DNA of 64,000 nucleotides from a phage. Where the stretch lies: NCBI GenBank assembly GCA_019326865.1, contig GCA_019326865.1_4101.1; one strand, given 5' to 3'. The notes below the pieces were generated by a model. That model was not told where the DNA came from. It saw only the letters and a list, made by a program, of their open reading frames with translations, and ran no database searches. Of this stretch, positions 30,870 to 43,700 are shown piece after piece (position 1 is the stretch's first letter; each line of letters begins with the position of its first letter). The position numbers and the translations under genes are program-made.

Positions 30870-31970
30870 ATGAGTATAAGTTATACAATTTATAGAAGTA
30901 ATGGTAGTGTTTATGCTACTATTCCAAATAATGTTATTCTGGGGCCAAACCAACCAGGAAGTAATCCAGTTCCGTTAAATTTCGTTGGCAGGAATAAAGT
31001 AAGTTACGGGCAAGCATGGAATGAAAACTTTTTACATTTAGTTGAGAACTTCAGTTCAGCTTCTGCCCCACGCGGGAACGTTAAAGGACAACTTTGGTAC
31101 AAAAATGCTGGCAGTACTGGTGAATTGTTGATATCATTAGTAGATAATGCCAGACAACCAGTAGATGTTGCAAGTGAAGCTGAGTGGGCTTCTATTCCCA
31201 TGATTACAGTGTTCAATACCGTACCGGATGGTGAAAATAGCGTCATGGGTCGCATGGTATTAACTAGTAATGGTGACTCACTTCGTGTATTAATGAAAAA
31301 CAAAGAATGGCGTGAAATCCAAACATCACGACCAGAGAACAAAGAATATTCATCATTATTGGATATTAATTATGATAATGGAAAAAAATACATCGAGTTC
31401 ACACAAAATGATAGTACCAAGCCCATTGCATATTTTAACTTAGGCGGCACTTCTCAAGTAGATACTAACAACTGGACAACCTTAACTAATGGTACTGGTG
31501 TATTTGAATTCGGTAGTAACTATTTTTATGAATTAAAAATTATGATTAGAGAGGTAAATGATTCATCTGGTGAAATTGTCTCAATTCCATACAACTCCAA
31601 AACATTTTTTATTAAAGGACAATTTTATGTAGATAATCAAGGAACTTTTGTTCCTGGTTCAGTTGGGGCAAGTCAAATGCCAGATCCACGTAGAATTACA
31701 CAGTTAGAATCAATTAAGGACGTTATCACCAGTACTCGCCCGAACTGGGACGTGAATATTGTTATTAATGGGGTTGATCCATCTCTACCTAATCCTAATG
31801 GTACATCCAAAGCAGACTATGAAAGCTGGGTTATCAACTCACTAAACTCAAATAAAAACTTAGGTTTTAGAGTAGATGGAAGTATTGGTAATCTTGCTCC
31901 AGGTGAATCTGTGAAGCTTCAAGCATCAGTTCTATTAAATATTACAGGTATTCCAATTATTGGTGTGTAA
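30870..31970 (+). CDS. hypothetical protein (possible tail/fibre-associated)
   Basis: ORF followed by bidirectional terminator. Confidence 0.45.
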   Translation: MSISYTIYRSNGSVYATIPNNVILGPNQPGSNPVPLNFVGRNKVSYGQAWNENFLHLVENFSSASAPRGNVKGQLWYKNAGSTGELLISLVDNARQPVDVASEAEWASIPMITVFNTVPDGENSVMGRMVLTSNGDSLRVLMKNKEWREIQTSRPENKEYSSLLDINYDNGKKYIEFTQNDSTKPIAYFNLGGTSQVDTNNWTTLTNGTGVFEFGSNYFYELKIMIREVNDSSGEIVSIPYNSKTFFIKGQFYVDNQGTFVPGSVGASQMPDPRRITQLESIKDVITSTRPNWDVNIVINGVDPSLPNPNGTSKADYESWVINSLNSNKNLGFRVDGSIGNLAPGESVKLQASVLLNITGIPIIGV

Positions 31971-31976
31971 AAAAAA

Positions 31977-31998
31977 GGAGCCACTTGGCTCCTTTTTT
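31977..31998. terminator. bidirectional intrinsic terminator (ggagcc-actt-ggctcc)
   Basis: Perfect 6-bp stem flanked by A8 and T6 between convergent genes. Confidence 0.7.
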
Positions 31999-32461
31999 AA
32001 TATCTATATGGTAAACTATTGACAAACTGAGTACCTTCACGTATACTTTCCCATAATGAGTAAAAATCTTTCATTAAGTTGGTGTTAAGTAAAGTGTTTT
32101 TAGCACCTGGGTGTAATGGTTTAGGCCACGAACCAATTTTAACCCATGCGTAGCCAGAGCTTTCATGATTTAAAATTGGGATAAATTCATTTTCAACTAC
32201 AATAACAAATGAATAATATTTGAATTTTCCATTTTTTGTACAAAATACATCAAATGGAATAATATCAATTATATCTGGTATTGAGTCACCCAACTCTTCT
32301 TTAATTTCTCTCATCAAACCTTGCAATGGTGTTTCGTTATGTTCAAGCTTTCCACCAACAAATGCCCAGTTGTTAGAATAGGTACTTCTTTCAGAACGCA
32401 AGTTTAACATCATATGTCCAGTACTTTTTGATAAAAAAATAGCACCAACCGCTTCATTCAT
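31997..32461 (-). CDS. Nudix hydrolase
   Basis: Complete Nudix box GGKLEHNETPLQGLMREIKEELG (Gx5Ex7REUxEExGU). Confidence 0.85.
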   Translation of the reverse strand: MNEAVGAIFLSKSTGHMMLNLRSERSTYSNNWAFVGGKLEHNETPLQGLMREIKEELGDSIPDIIDIIPFDVFCTKNGKFKYYSFVIVVENEFIPILNHESSGYAWVKIGSWPKPLHPGAKNTLLNTNLMKDFYSLWESIREGTQFVNSLPYRY

Positions 32462-32473
32462 AACAACACCTCC

Positions 32474-33817
32474 TTATTTGTCAGTGAAAGTTATTTTCCA
32501 ATATCCTTGTCGATAAACAGACATAATACTTTTATGCCATTTAAATTTGTCATTATACCTATAATAACCATTATCTTCTTTATTATAAATGTAATTACGT
32601 ACAGATGATGGGTCAATTAATTCAACACCATCGTTTGTAATTTTAAACATATAATTTGAAGGAATTTCGGTTTCTTTATAAATGATGTTATGTATACTAT
32701 TATTTACATAATATTGTTCCGGTATGGCATCGAAAAGAACTGAACCTTTCTGTACAAAACCATGTATTGTATAATCAACAGTATAGTTACTATTATCAAG
32801 CTGCACAATAATTTTGTTAGCATCTTCATTTTCACCATATGAAGATATATAACCTTTAAGTGGATTGTCTTCTTCGATTGACTGTTGGAATTTAATACCT
32901 ACTTTTTTGTCATCAAAATTTGGTTCTAAATATTTAAGATACTTTTCCCATGAATATATACCACCATTAGGTGAAACATCAGATAATGACTGACTGACTA
33001 AAGTTAACTGATATGTATCTGGTAAATTATATAAAGAATTAGTAATTTCTTCAACTTTAATACATAAATTTTTGGGCGTAAAAACATCAGTAATAATATC
33101 AGAATAGTCACCCATTTCAATATCAAATTCGTCACGAGCACCTTTAATGTTAGTAGTAATTTGATGAATTAGTTTTGGCTTTTCAACAATAGCTGGTAAA
33201 GAAAACCAAATTGTTGTTTCAAATGTTAATACCATTATATCCAAATCTTGATCAGTGCCTTGTGGAAAACCACGCGTAGTGAACTGACAATCAACTAATT
33301 CAACATCACTAAGTGATGTCCAGTCTAATGGATTATCTGATAATTGAAGCTGTATGCTTGGTGCAAATAAAGTAGAAATTTGCTCGAATAATTCCATTTT
33401 TGTTTGAATTTGAGTTACCCAAATATTCAAATCAAATGTAAAAGTCCAAGGTACTGGGTTGTGTCTTACAATTTTATACTGTGTGTCAAGTTCCTTTTTA
33501 TATTCATTAATAGCAGGAGACTTGTTTGTCCCCATCACTAAAGTTTCATTTGCATTAGAACGTATACTCTTACGATCCAACTTGAGTTGGTTAACACTTA
33601 TTGTCATAATAGGTGCTGATGGCAAAACGTTTTCACTATTACCATTAATAATTGCTGCTGCCATTCTTGAAATATCAGCATAACGACATGGAACTTTTTT
33701 ATATTTTGGGTTTCCATCAGCATCAACACCATTTTGTACTTGAAATTCACCAAAAACTCTGATAAGATGTTTCAGTACTCTGCGAAATTGACCGTCATAA
33801 TAATAATCTATCTTCAT
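32474..33817 (-). CDS. hypothetical protein
   Basis: ORF. Confidence 0.5.
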   Translation of the reverse strand: MKIDYYYDGQFRRVLKHLIRVFGEFQVQNGVDADGNPKYKKVPCRYADISRMAAAIINGNSENVLPSAPIMTISVNQLKLDRKSIRSNANETLVMGTNKSPAINEYKKELDTQYKIVRHNPVPWTFTFDLNIWVTQIQTKMELFEQISTLFAPSIQLQLSDNPLDWTSLSDVELVDCQFTTRGFPQGTDQDLDIMVLTFETTIWFSLPAIVEKPKLIHQITTNIKGARDEFDIEMGDYSDIITDVFTPKNLCIKVEEITNSLYNLPDTYQLTLVSQSLSDVSPNGGIYSWEKYLKYLEPNFDDKKVGIKFQQSIEEDNPLKGYISSYGENEDANKIIVQLDNSNYTVDYTIHGFVQKGSVLFDAIPEQYYVNNSIHNIIYKETEIPSNYMFKITNDGVELIDPSSVRNYIYNKEDNGYYRYNDKFKWHKSIMSVYRQGYWKITFTDK

Positions 33818-35319
33818 TCTGTATCCTTATGTATACGATATGCAGTATTTGGTTTAACTGCGTCATGTAATGGGACTTTATTATCACTATTTACGAACTT
33901 AGTAAGTGCCAAGTCTGCACCTTCCCATGGTTTTCTACCACCATAATCAAAAATAACCCATGAATTCTTTGTTGCATTGAATTCCCATAACGTAACTGGT
34001 GTATAATCGGTGCGATAAAAATAATCCCCATCAACAGCATCAGTAGGGAACATATTTCCTTCTGGAACAGTTCCTCTAGCGGGTGGAATTTTCGGTCGAT
34101 AATCCTGTTGGGCATCAATATTTCCATATACACTATTTGATGAGAATGGTTCATTAACATAGGTTACTTTTGGCTCGCCCCATTTATCATCATTGTACTG
34201 AAAAATGTGTGGTTCTTTATAAAAAATACAAAAATCTTCAATATTTTGCGGTGGGATATCACTTGTAGTATATTCTACATCACAATTTAACCATTTTTTA
34301 GCACTTTTGTCGTACTGATACAACGTATACCCAGTCACATCTGCATCATTTTCTTTAAAGAAAAAATCCCCATCCATTGGTTTTTTTGGAAAAACTGTTC
34401 CACGCTTGACTTCCAGTGAAATCCATGTATCATTGTCATACTCTTTGAGAACTGGGTACGTTTTTTTCAAAAAATACATACCATTAGCAGGTTCTTCTGG
34501 AAAATCATAACCGTTGAGCATATATTTAGATAAATCCACAGTATCGCGGCGGTCATCATACAAATGCTCGTTTGTATAATGGATATAAGGTACTTCATCA
34601 TCAGCTTGCATAATAATACGGTTCATAATATCCATTTCATTACTATAATTACTGTTTTCGGACGTACCATCGGTTGTGTTTCCATTACCATTATTTGGAT
34701 CATTTGGGTTATCTGGGTAATTATTGTTCCCCAGTAAGTCAGAGTACTCAGGTGAGTCAGTTAGTGGTTTTACTCTAAGTTTGTAAATGTGGTGTTGCCA
34801 CGTTACAGAGTAACCTTCGGCTGTACGAAATGCATCTTGTACCACATAGAAGCGATTTAGACCAGAATCTTTACCAAGTACATCATAATCACGCAAATTT
34901 GGCAATTCTATTACATCACCAGGCATGATTTTCCTGCCTAATCGTTGCATCATGGTATTGTAATGAATTGTGATGTCCATTGTGTTAAAATTAAAGAACA
35001 ACCCTGGGATTTTCAAGTCAGGGGTTGCTTCTTGGACTTGATAAACACAACTAAGTGTGATTGCTTCAAGGTTATAGCTTCGATTTGGTGTGTCTCCAAA
35101 AATTAAATCACCAATACTTGACACAACCGTACCGGAAGATGTATAATCACCGCCATATGATAAGTCATTGCTATCCGCAACTTGTTTTGGACCAACATAA
35201 GCGTAAAGCCACATGTCCACTCCACCTATGTTGTATTGTTCAGCAATTGCAGAGTCAATGAACTTGTAATCATTTGTTCTACCTTTTTTCCACATTCTAT
35301 ATGTCATATTTGTCTCCAA
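33814..35319 (-). CDS. hypothetical protein
   Basis: ORF overlapping downstream gene by 4 nt. Confidence 0.5.
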   Translation of the reverse strand: METNMTYRMWKKGRTNDYKFIDSAIAEQYNIGGVDMWLYAYVGPKQVADSNDLSYGGDYTSSGTVVSSIGDLIFGDTPNRSYNLEAITLSCVYQVQEATPDLKIPGLFFNFNTMDITIHYNTMMQRLGRKIMPGDVIELPNLRDYDVLGKDSGLNRFYVVQDAFRTAEGYSVTWQHHIYKLRVKPLTDSPEYSDLLGNNNYPDNPNDPNNGNGNTTDGTSENSNYSNEMDIMNRIIMQADDEVPYIHYTNEHLYDDRRDTVDLSKYMLNGYDFPEEPANGMYFLKKTYPVLKEYDNDTWISLEVKRGTVFPKKPMDGDFFFKENDADVTGYTLYQYDKSAKKWLNCDVEYTTSDIPPQNIEDFCIFYKEPHIFQYNDDKWGEPKVTYVNEPFSSNSVYGNIDAQQDYRPKIPPARGTVPEGNMFPTDAVDGDYFYRTDYTPVTLWEFNATKNSWVIFDYGGRKPWEGADLALTKFVNSDNKVPLHDAVKPNTAYRIHKDTE

Positions 35320-35351
35320 AATAATTCGGGTATATCTTTATTTACCATGTA

Positions 35352-35377
35352 GACAAACCATAAGAATGTGATATAAT
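35352..35377 (+). promoter_or_regulatory. promoter with extended -10 (aaTGTGATATAAT) upstream of ClpA-like gene
   Basis: TGATATAAT at 35369-35377, same core as P1/P2; -35 region weak (TAGACA, short spacer). Confidence 0.45.
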
Positions 35378-35417
35378 GGTTATTAATTAGAGTGACGTGA
35401 ATCACATAGGAGAATAC

Positions 35418-37706
35418 ATGAATCTTACTCAATTGTTCAAAAAAAGCGACGAACTGGCAACATCTCTCGGTCATACATTCTTGACTATTGACCATGTAAG
35501 TGCTACAGTACTAACCATTGATAGCATCAAGAATGTGTTTGAAGATATGAATATTGATGCAGACAAATTACATAATCGCTTAATGGACTATCTTAAAAAT
35601 ACATCGATTCCACATGCTCCAAAAAGTACCCAAGATGAAGATGCCAATCGTACTTCACTACTAGTGAATCGTGTCGTACATGAGCTTTCAAAAAAATCTG
35701 TCATTGAACAACTAAAAACGGATGATTTTTCAATTGATGCATATTTTGTGTTATTTGAATGCTTGTCTTTCCCAAACACTGCACTCGAAGCTGCGTTGAA
35801 AGAAGAAGGTGTTAGTTGTACTGAGGCTGCTCGTGCACTACAGAAACATGTTGAGACACTTAATAAGGGTATCAACCTACAAAGCATTAATGATGAACCT
35901 ACTGGAGATAAAAAAGTGGCTCAACCACAACAATCATCTAAACAAAAAGGTTTGGAAGACTACACAACAAATCTAACCGCTCTTGCAAAAGAAGGAAAAT
36001 TAGATCCGATGATTGGTCGCCAAAAAGAACTGTGTGCACTGATTGAGACACTAGCTCGTAAAACTAAAAAGAATGCAATTCTTACTGGTGAAGCTGGTGT
36101 AGGTAAAACACAAATCATTGACGGACTAGCACAAGCCATCGCTGATGGTAATGTACCTGAACATCTGAAAAATGTTGAAATTCTTTCACTAAATGTTGGT
36201 GCATTGACTGCTGGTACAAAGTACCGTGGTGAGTTTGAAGAACGCATCGATAATTTACTAAAAGAACTAAAGAAACGTGAAAATACTATTGTTTTCATTG
36301 ATGAAATTCATATTATGGTTGGTGCAGGTTCTGCAAGTAATGGCTCGATGGATATGAGCAATATGTTAAAACCAGCACTGTCACGTGGTGAGATTCGTGT
36401 GATTGGTGCAACAACATACGAAGAATATCGCAAAAATATCGAGAAAGATAGTGCACTAACACGTCGTTTTATGAAAATTGACGTAGTTGAGCCGACAATT
36501 GATGAAACTCGTACAATTGTTAATGGGTTAAAGTCAACTTATGAAAAATTCCATAATGTTGAGTTTACCGCCGATGCCATGGATGCTGTAATTTCTCTCA
36601 GCGATAAGTTCCTGAAGAATAAACACTTCCCTGATAAAGCAATTGACCTAATGGATGCTGCTGCGGCTAAAGTTCGTTCACGTGACAATAATAGTAAGCT
36701 TATTACTGCAAGTTTGGTTCAAGAAGTGGTTGCTGGTATTGCAAACTTAGATATCAATGTGGTTGCATGTACCGAAAGTGAACGTATGCGTAATCTTCCA
36801 GATGCACTTCGTTCACGTGTATATGGTCAAGATGAGGCTATTCAAAAATTAGTTGATAACGTAATGGTTGCTCGTGCGGGTTTGCGTGATAAATCAAGTG
36901 TTCAGGGTGCATTTATGTTTGTTGGTCCATCTGGAACTGGTAAAACTGAAATCACCAAAGCATTAGCTGACGCAACTGGTTCTGAACTTATTCGTTTTGA
37001 TATGTCAGAGTTTTCACAAGAACATACAGTATCTAAACTTATCGGTTCACCTCCAGGGTATGTTGGTCATGATTCTGGTAACGGATTACTGCTAGATAAG
37101 ATTGAACAGTTCCCTAATGCAGTTCTGTTACTTGATGAAATCGAAAAAGCAGATCGCAAAGTACTACTAACCTTTCTACAGGTTCTGGATGAAGGTCGTT
37201 TGACTGGTTCACAAGGAAAAACTGTATATTTTAATAACGTAACTGTTATTATGACTACAAACCTTGGTGCAGCAGATTCAACTAAACGTAGTATTGGTAT
37301 GAGTGGCAGTGAAACTGCACAAGATAAAGCAATCAAAGCATTTTTACCACCTGAATTCATTAACCGTATTGATAGTATCGTTACGTTTAATGAACTAAGC
37401 CGTGAAGCAATTGATAGTATCATTGACAAATTTATTGGAAGCTTAAATGACCAAGTAAAAAGCCGTAATGTAAAAGTTACTCTCACAAAAGCAGCACGTG
37501 AATGGTTGGCACAAAATGGTGTTCAAGCTGGCATGGGGGCACGACCTATGAAGCGTACAATTGAACAAAACATTCGTGTTCCACTAGCGAAAGAAATGTT
37601 GTGTGGAACGCTAGTGAATGGTGGTAACATCACATTTGATGTTATTAATGGTAAAATTGGCATCAAGCCAAAACGCACCAGAACAGTTGAAAAATCACTA
37701 GCCTAA
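35418..37706 (+). CDS. ClpA-like Hsp100 AAA+ unfoldase (two nucleotide-binding domains)
   Basis: D1 Walker [10 protein letters not shown], Walker B VFIDEIH; D2 Walker [31 protein letters not shown]; Clp-N-like N-terminus; ATG at 35418 has RBS aggag (listed ORF begins at GTG 35397). Confidence 0.85.
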   Translation: MNLTQLFKKSDELATSLGHTFLTIDHVSATVLTIDSIKNVFEDMNIDADKLHNRLMDYLKNTSIPHAPKSTQDEDANRTSLLVNRVVHELSKKSVIEQLKTDDFSIDAYFVLFECLSFPNTALEAALKEEGVSCTEAARALQKHVETLNKGINLQSINDEPTGDKKVAQPQQSSKQKGLEDYTTNLTALAKEGKLDPMIGRQKELCALIETLARKTKKNAILTGEAGVGKTQIIDGLAQAIADGNVPEHLKNVEILSLNVGALTAGTKYRGEFEERIDNLLKELKKRENTIVFIDEIHIMVGAGSASNGSMDMSNMLKPALSRGEIRVIGATTYEEYRKNIEKDSALTRRFMKIDVVEPTIDETRTIVNGLKSTYEKFHNVEFTADAMDAVISLSDKFLKNKHFPDKAIDLMDAAAAKVRSRDNNSKLITASLVQEVVAGIANLDINVVACTESERMRNLPDALRSRVYGQDEAIQKLVDNVMVARAGLRDKSSVQGAFMFVGPSGTGKTEITKALADATGSELIRFDMSEFSQEHTVSKLIGSPPGYVGHDSGNGLLLDKIEQFPNAVLLLDEIEKADRKVLLTFLQVLDEGRLTGSQGKTVYFNNVTVIMTTNLGAADSTKRSIGMSGSETAQDKAIKAFLPPEFINRIDSIVTFNELSREAIDSIIDKFIGSLNDQVKSRNVKVTLTKAAREWLAQNGVQAGMGARPMKRTIEQNIRVPLAKEMLCGTLVNGGNITFDVINGKIGIKPKRTRTVEKSLA

Positions 37707-37725
37707 AAAGAAAAAGGAGAGCACA

Positions 37726-37750
37726 ATGCTCTCCTTTTTTATTATTTAAC
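37726..37750. terminator. bidirectional intrinsic terminator (ggagagca-caa-tgctctcc)
   Basis: 8-bp perfect stem flanked by A-run and T-run between convergent genes. Confidence 0.75.
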
Positions 37751-40700
37751 TAACAATATATTCTTAATATCACTCCCACTTATTCGTAGGCTATTGGTAT
37801 ACATTGAAAGGTCTATTGTGTAACCATTATGAGTATAATGTTTAAATTTATCATAACTACCCAAATTAATACCATTAAAAGAATATGTAGTATTAAGTTT
37901 AAAGTCATGCTCAGCACTATACATTACTCCACGGAGCAAATTATTTGCATTTCTGACTTCAACTTTTTCATACCCAATCGATATAATGTCATTCCTGTTA
38001 GCAGAAGAACCTAATAACACATTATTTCTAATATTATAAGGACTTACTGATATAGGTTGAGCAACATACGTTGTATTTTCTTCACTGATAGTTGTTATGT
38101 TAGTGATAGTACCACCGACAACACCAATATATATATTGTCAACCATTGGATATTCATAACCCCATATACCTTCATTATTTTTGAATGGTTTGATATCATT
38201 CGCATCATATTCAATTACGTTAATTTCTAAACAATCAGGCATTTTAGTTCTTACCAATTCACTAAGAACACCATCCCCAGTAATTGGTAGGTTATACCCG
38301 TTATCTATAGTAATTCCATCGTCATTAAATATTTCGTTCGATACAATCCAAACATCAATATCATCAGGTGTTACACCGTCATTATACTTACCACCATTTA
38401 AAGTAGTATCATAAAAAACGTCATAATTAATCACATCAATAGTGTAATTTCGGTTTTGTTCATATAATTTAATACCATCTTTGACAAATTCTGAGTCAGT
38501 AAATGTTCTAACACGAACAATGTTCAAGGCAAGAGGCTGTACTGGCTCATTTTGTTGTGCAAGTGTGATATTATCATAACGAAGAACAGCACCAGAAGTA
38601 TCAACTAATTCAATCGTTTCCTTACCAGTAGTTCTTACTGTGAAAAGGATAGGAGTTGTATTATGTTTGATATTAGATACACGCAATATGGTTTCCCATT
38701 TATGGTTTTGATATCTTATAAAGTCTTCACCATCAGGAGTGAAAATCATCACCTTATCACCATCAGATAAGTCATTGTCAACAATTTCCGCTTCAGTCAA
38801 GCTATTAATAGATCTCACACGATAAAAATATTTTTCATCAAACGGTGCTGATTTTTTATTAATATCATTTTCAACCTTAGCATATGAAGGAATACTAACA
38901 ATTGCTTCTGTGTGTTTATATGGATTTATAATTGCCATACCTTCAGTTTGATATCTACTATTATTACGTAATTGCACTAGTGACACGTTGTCAAACCCAT
39001 ACCCATCAACAGTAAATCTAATATGCCCAACATCACGACCAGATGGATTTATATCAGATATGTCAATAATATAAGGATCAACTTCGTCGTCTTTAACTTC
39101 CCATTTTATGGTAGAAGTTTGTGATTCTAATGCAAGGTTATCAAATGCATTCATATCATTAAAGTACTTAGCTTCAGAAATACTATCAAGTATAAATTGA
39201 TAGTCTGAATACATTGGGTTATTTGTATCTTGTGGTAAATCGTCAAGATTTATTTCCGCAAGTTCAACCATTTCACCATTTGTAATAAAATAATCTTCCA
39301 TGAAATCATCAATACTTCTGTTATCTGGTATACTTTGGTTTACACCGTTAACATTTAAATATACATATTTCCTTGGCATCATAGTAATAGCATAGATATC
39401 AATTGGTGTTTTTGAAAGAATTTCTTCCGCTTTTTCGTACTTGTCGGTAGCATCTTTGTCAAACAACCCTCTCATACCTGCTAATACATGAACTGCATCT
39501 GAATAGAAACGAGTATCTCCACCAACCTCATCATAACGATAAACGTATACACCATATTCAACTTCTAGTTTTACTTTAATATCATAGTCTGATGCATCAG
39601 GATGTTTATCTTTAATTAAAGAAATATATTTTTCATATAATTCTTTACTTATTTCAAAATACCCATAGTTATAATCATTACTAGAAGAAAAGCCTAATGG
39701 AAGTCTTGTGCTCGGATTATCATTATAAGTCAATCCACTGAACCCACAACCAACTTCATCATGAATTTTATCATCACTGATATCTTTATAAAGTTTCAAG
39801 CGGTTGGCTAATGTGTTATACTGTACATATTGTCTAAGGTCAGTAAACATTTCATTATGCGTTGATTCTTTATAAACTCGTTCCAAAGTAGCAGTAAATT
39901 TATCAGTGGCTTCTAAATCATCTGCATGATCTTTATACCATTGGTTCACACCATGTGCAGTTCCAAGTGTTACATCCAATTCTGGATAATAGATTTGCAT
40001 TAGATACGCATTAACAAGGTCAAACGATTTTTCATTATATTCTGGGAAAGAATATATATAACGTTGTAATTCATAGTTATTAACAGAATCTTTTTCATTT
40101 GTTTGATATTTTTTATTAACACTAACTAAATCATTAATGTTTGCCAAATCTTCGTTTGGTTTACATTGAATGTTATCATAATGCATAATAATATCAATTT
40201 CTTGGAATCTTCTATTTGGGGTAATAAAATCACTAGGTAATGCACCAACTTGTTCCCATTTTTTAGTAACTTCATTATATTGTGCGTACTCGTAATCCCA
40301 AATATCTTTTTCAGTTTTAATCCAAGAACCATCAACGAAAATATACCCATTAGGATCTAAATCGTTACAAAGACCTTTTATTAAATCATCATCAGATGTT
40401 TTTTGTTCTATTTGTGAACGAATTTTAGTTCTATAAGGTTTAACCTCTTCAAAGTACTCAACAATTTGATTAATCAAATTATCATTTGAGTAATTTTGAA
40501 CTAAAGATTGTTCCAACCCAACAATATAGATATAGGAAGTTTTAAATACCCAATCTACAACACTTTGTTCGACGTGAACATATTTTACCATATCAAACAC
40601 AATTTCGCTTTGATGTAAATCGAAAGAATGTTTAAGTAATGCTAGTGCTTTACGAACATTTATTTCACGATTACTAAGGGAACCATCATCATTGTAAACA

Positions 40701-43700
40701 CTATAGTCTGTATAAAGTATATCATTAAGTTCAATAGTACTATTTTGACGACCAATAGCTTTCCAATAAATTGAATCACGTGATTGAGATTTGATATACA
40801 ACGTCCAAATATTTTCACTATCTGTAACTCTGATGATATCACCGACTTGATAGTTTTTAGTATTTGCTTCTTCTAAACTTGTCTCTTGAATATAAGCTGT
40901 TTTACTATCATACCCAACGTCATACCAATCAGCATATGACCAGTAATGAGTCATATCTAATGATGTTCCAAGTGATTCAACATAATCACTTTGCTTAATC
41001 ATTTTATGTTGTCCCTCACCTTTATTTTCTAAAGTTATAGTAACAATATTTCCTGTATTGGCCGGGCTGTTCATTAACTGAATATATCCATTTTCATCAA
41101 AGTGAATGAAATAAACTGCACTGGTGGATAAAGGATTTGGTAGATAACCGCTGGAACTTAAAATAACAGCGTCATTTTCTTTAAATTTATCCTTTTCGAC
41201 TGCAATCACCAATTCATTATTATAAGACAATACACGGAAAGAAACCTCATTTGGGTTAACTTCTGTTGTTTTGACATTAAACACATCTTCCATAACAACA
41301 CTATTAGTGGTTATGTTTTGTGATCTATAATAATTATTAGCACTTTCTACAAAGTTTCTACGTGCTTCAATTACATTCTGGAACCAGGTTTTATTGGAGC
41401 CGATTCCATTATCAACATCTGGATATAATAAATTTATCACTGAACCTGACTTGGTAGTTTCTTGTCCTATTAGTGAGTTCCACATTGAATCCCAAATTAA
41501 TGGATTGAAGTTATAACTTTCTCCCTCTTTACACAGTTGGTACTGATCATGTTTAACAACTTCAGTGCTGTCCATATAGTAAGAAATAGTCAAAATACTG
41601 GTGTCATCATTGACTTTAAACTGCATATTACTAAGGATAAAAGAGTTTTCATTAATTGGTGCAAACCAAGGAATGTTTAACTGTGATGGATCTTTAATAA
41701 TACGTGCAATATCAGTACATGATTTAGTTCTGGTATGTAGTGGTGGTACATAAATTGTATCACGTACCCAGAAATAGTATTTTGTCACATAACTGTCAGT
41801 TGAGCTATCATATTCCAAAAATGTACTATAATTATCTTCAAGTGCAGTTCCGCTTGGAAGATACATATTATTATTTTTGTTTTTCTTAGCAACATCTTTA
41901 CAGTACTTATCCCAGTTATATGGTTCTACTGGTGAACATACCCACTCTAATACATCAATTGTGCTATGTGGCAACAAACGCCCCCAGTTGTATCGTTTGT
42001 ATTCATTAGTTGCGTCAATATCAACATTACCATCTGCGTCATAAATGGCACGAGTATAATCCAAATAAAATGCAGTGCTTGTGTTCCACCATACTTGACC
42101 TACTTTATCTGCACCCCAAGCTTGAACTAATTCGCCATTACTATTATATTGTGCAGGGTCAATTGGTGAAGTATATGTCACGTTTTGCATAGCTGCACCT
42201 GGAATAACACCATTAATTGGGTCAAAAACGTTTAGATATAATGCAGTAATATTTGTGCGTTCATCATACGTTGTTGGTCGTTCAAATAAAGTGCTCTGTG
42301 GTGCTTTAAAGCTATATTTTTTGTCAATATATTCTTGACGTTTATCAGCACTAGAAAAACGTGAAACATAACGATACAAACGTGGACGAGTAGCCGGATC
42401 AGTAAATTCAATATTAATTGAAGTATCAAATGGAACTACCATAACTTTAGAATCTTCACCAGCAGTATAATATTGACTTTCTACTGTTAATGTATCTGGC
42501 ATAAAGTTTGTTTCATCAACAAAATAATAATAATCACCATCTTCAAGTGGGATTTTATCAGTCAATGTTACTTTACAGAATTGTTCAGCGTAAATATCGG
42601 TATTTTCTATTGGTGTTATAGAAACCATTTGTACATTAGTGTCAACTAATTCAAAAATGTTCCACAAACCATTACCATCTTTAAACATCCAAACTGATTC
42701 TGGATTTTCACCTTTACCGTTAACATAAGAAATTCTGTCGTTATATGCAGTACTGAAATCTTTAGTAGTGTAAGATACTTCATCTAATGTCACTGGACCA
42801 ATGTCAGGAAGTTGGATATGTTCACTTCTCCCACTACGCATTGGAAATGAAAATTTTCCATTCGGGCGTGTAATCCAACGTGGGTCTTTACCTTGATCAC
42901 CAAAATATACAACATTATTACCATTGCCATTTGAAGTTGCGTTTTCATCAAATGACACCATTTGTGGTTGTTGTTTAAATTGGTCATTAATTAATTTAAA
43001 TTGGAGATTTTTCTTACCATCAATATTACCATATGTACCAATTTTAAATGCCCATTCTTGTAATGCTTTATACTCATCTGTGTCATATGATTTAGAAACA
43101 CGTAAAACACGTTCTAAAACTTGGTTAGTGCCTTTGTCATGAATAAATCCTTTATAAAAATCAACACGACTAACATCGCTACTAATCATACGTTGTAGAT
43201 AATCACGTGATTGGTAACCAATTAAATGACTAGATAATTCTTGTAATTGTACATCGCTTACAGGGTTTTCATTATCATAGTAATGTTGAAAATCAGTTAC
43301 TAATGTTTCAAATGAAGGAATTGTACCAGATTCTAATATAATAAAACCAGGTGCTTGTAATCTACCCGTCCATGAACCAGTAATATAACCGTACATTTTG
43401 ATTAGTTCCTGAATAGAACCATATGTTGGTTGATAGATGTAATCACCAAAAATAGTTTTATCATCAAATATAACCGCATGTTCATATGAACACAAACTTA
43501 AACGAAGTAATGCAATACGTTTATTAGAATCTAATGTTCTAACAGTGAAAATATTACCAATACGAGAAGTTTCGATTTCATATTGACGAATTCCTTGGTT
43601 ATTATCATCAAGTAATGACCATACTCCACCATTATTTTGTGCAATAGACTGAACTGAGCCAAAATCTGAACCAAATTTTGCATTTGTTGCACTTGGTGTA

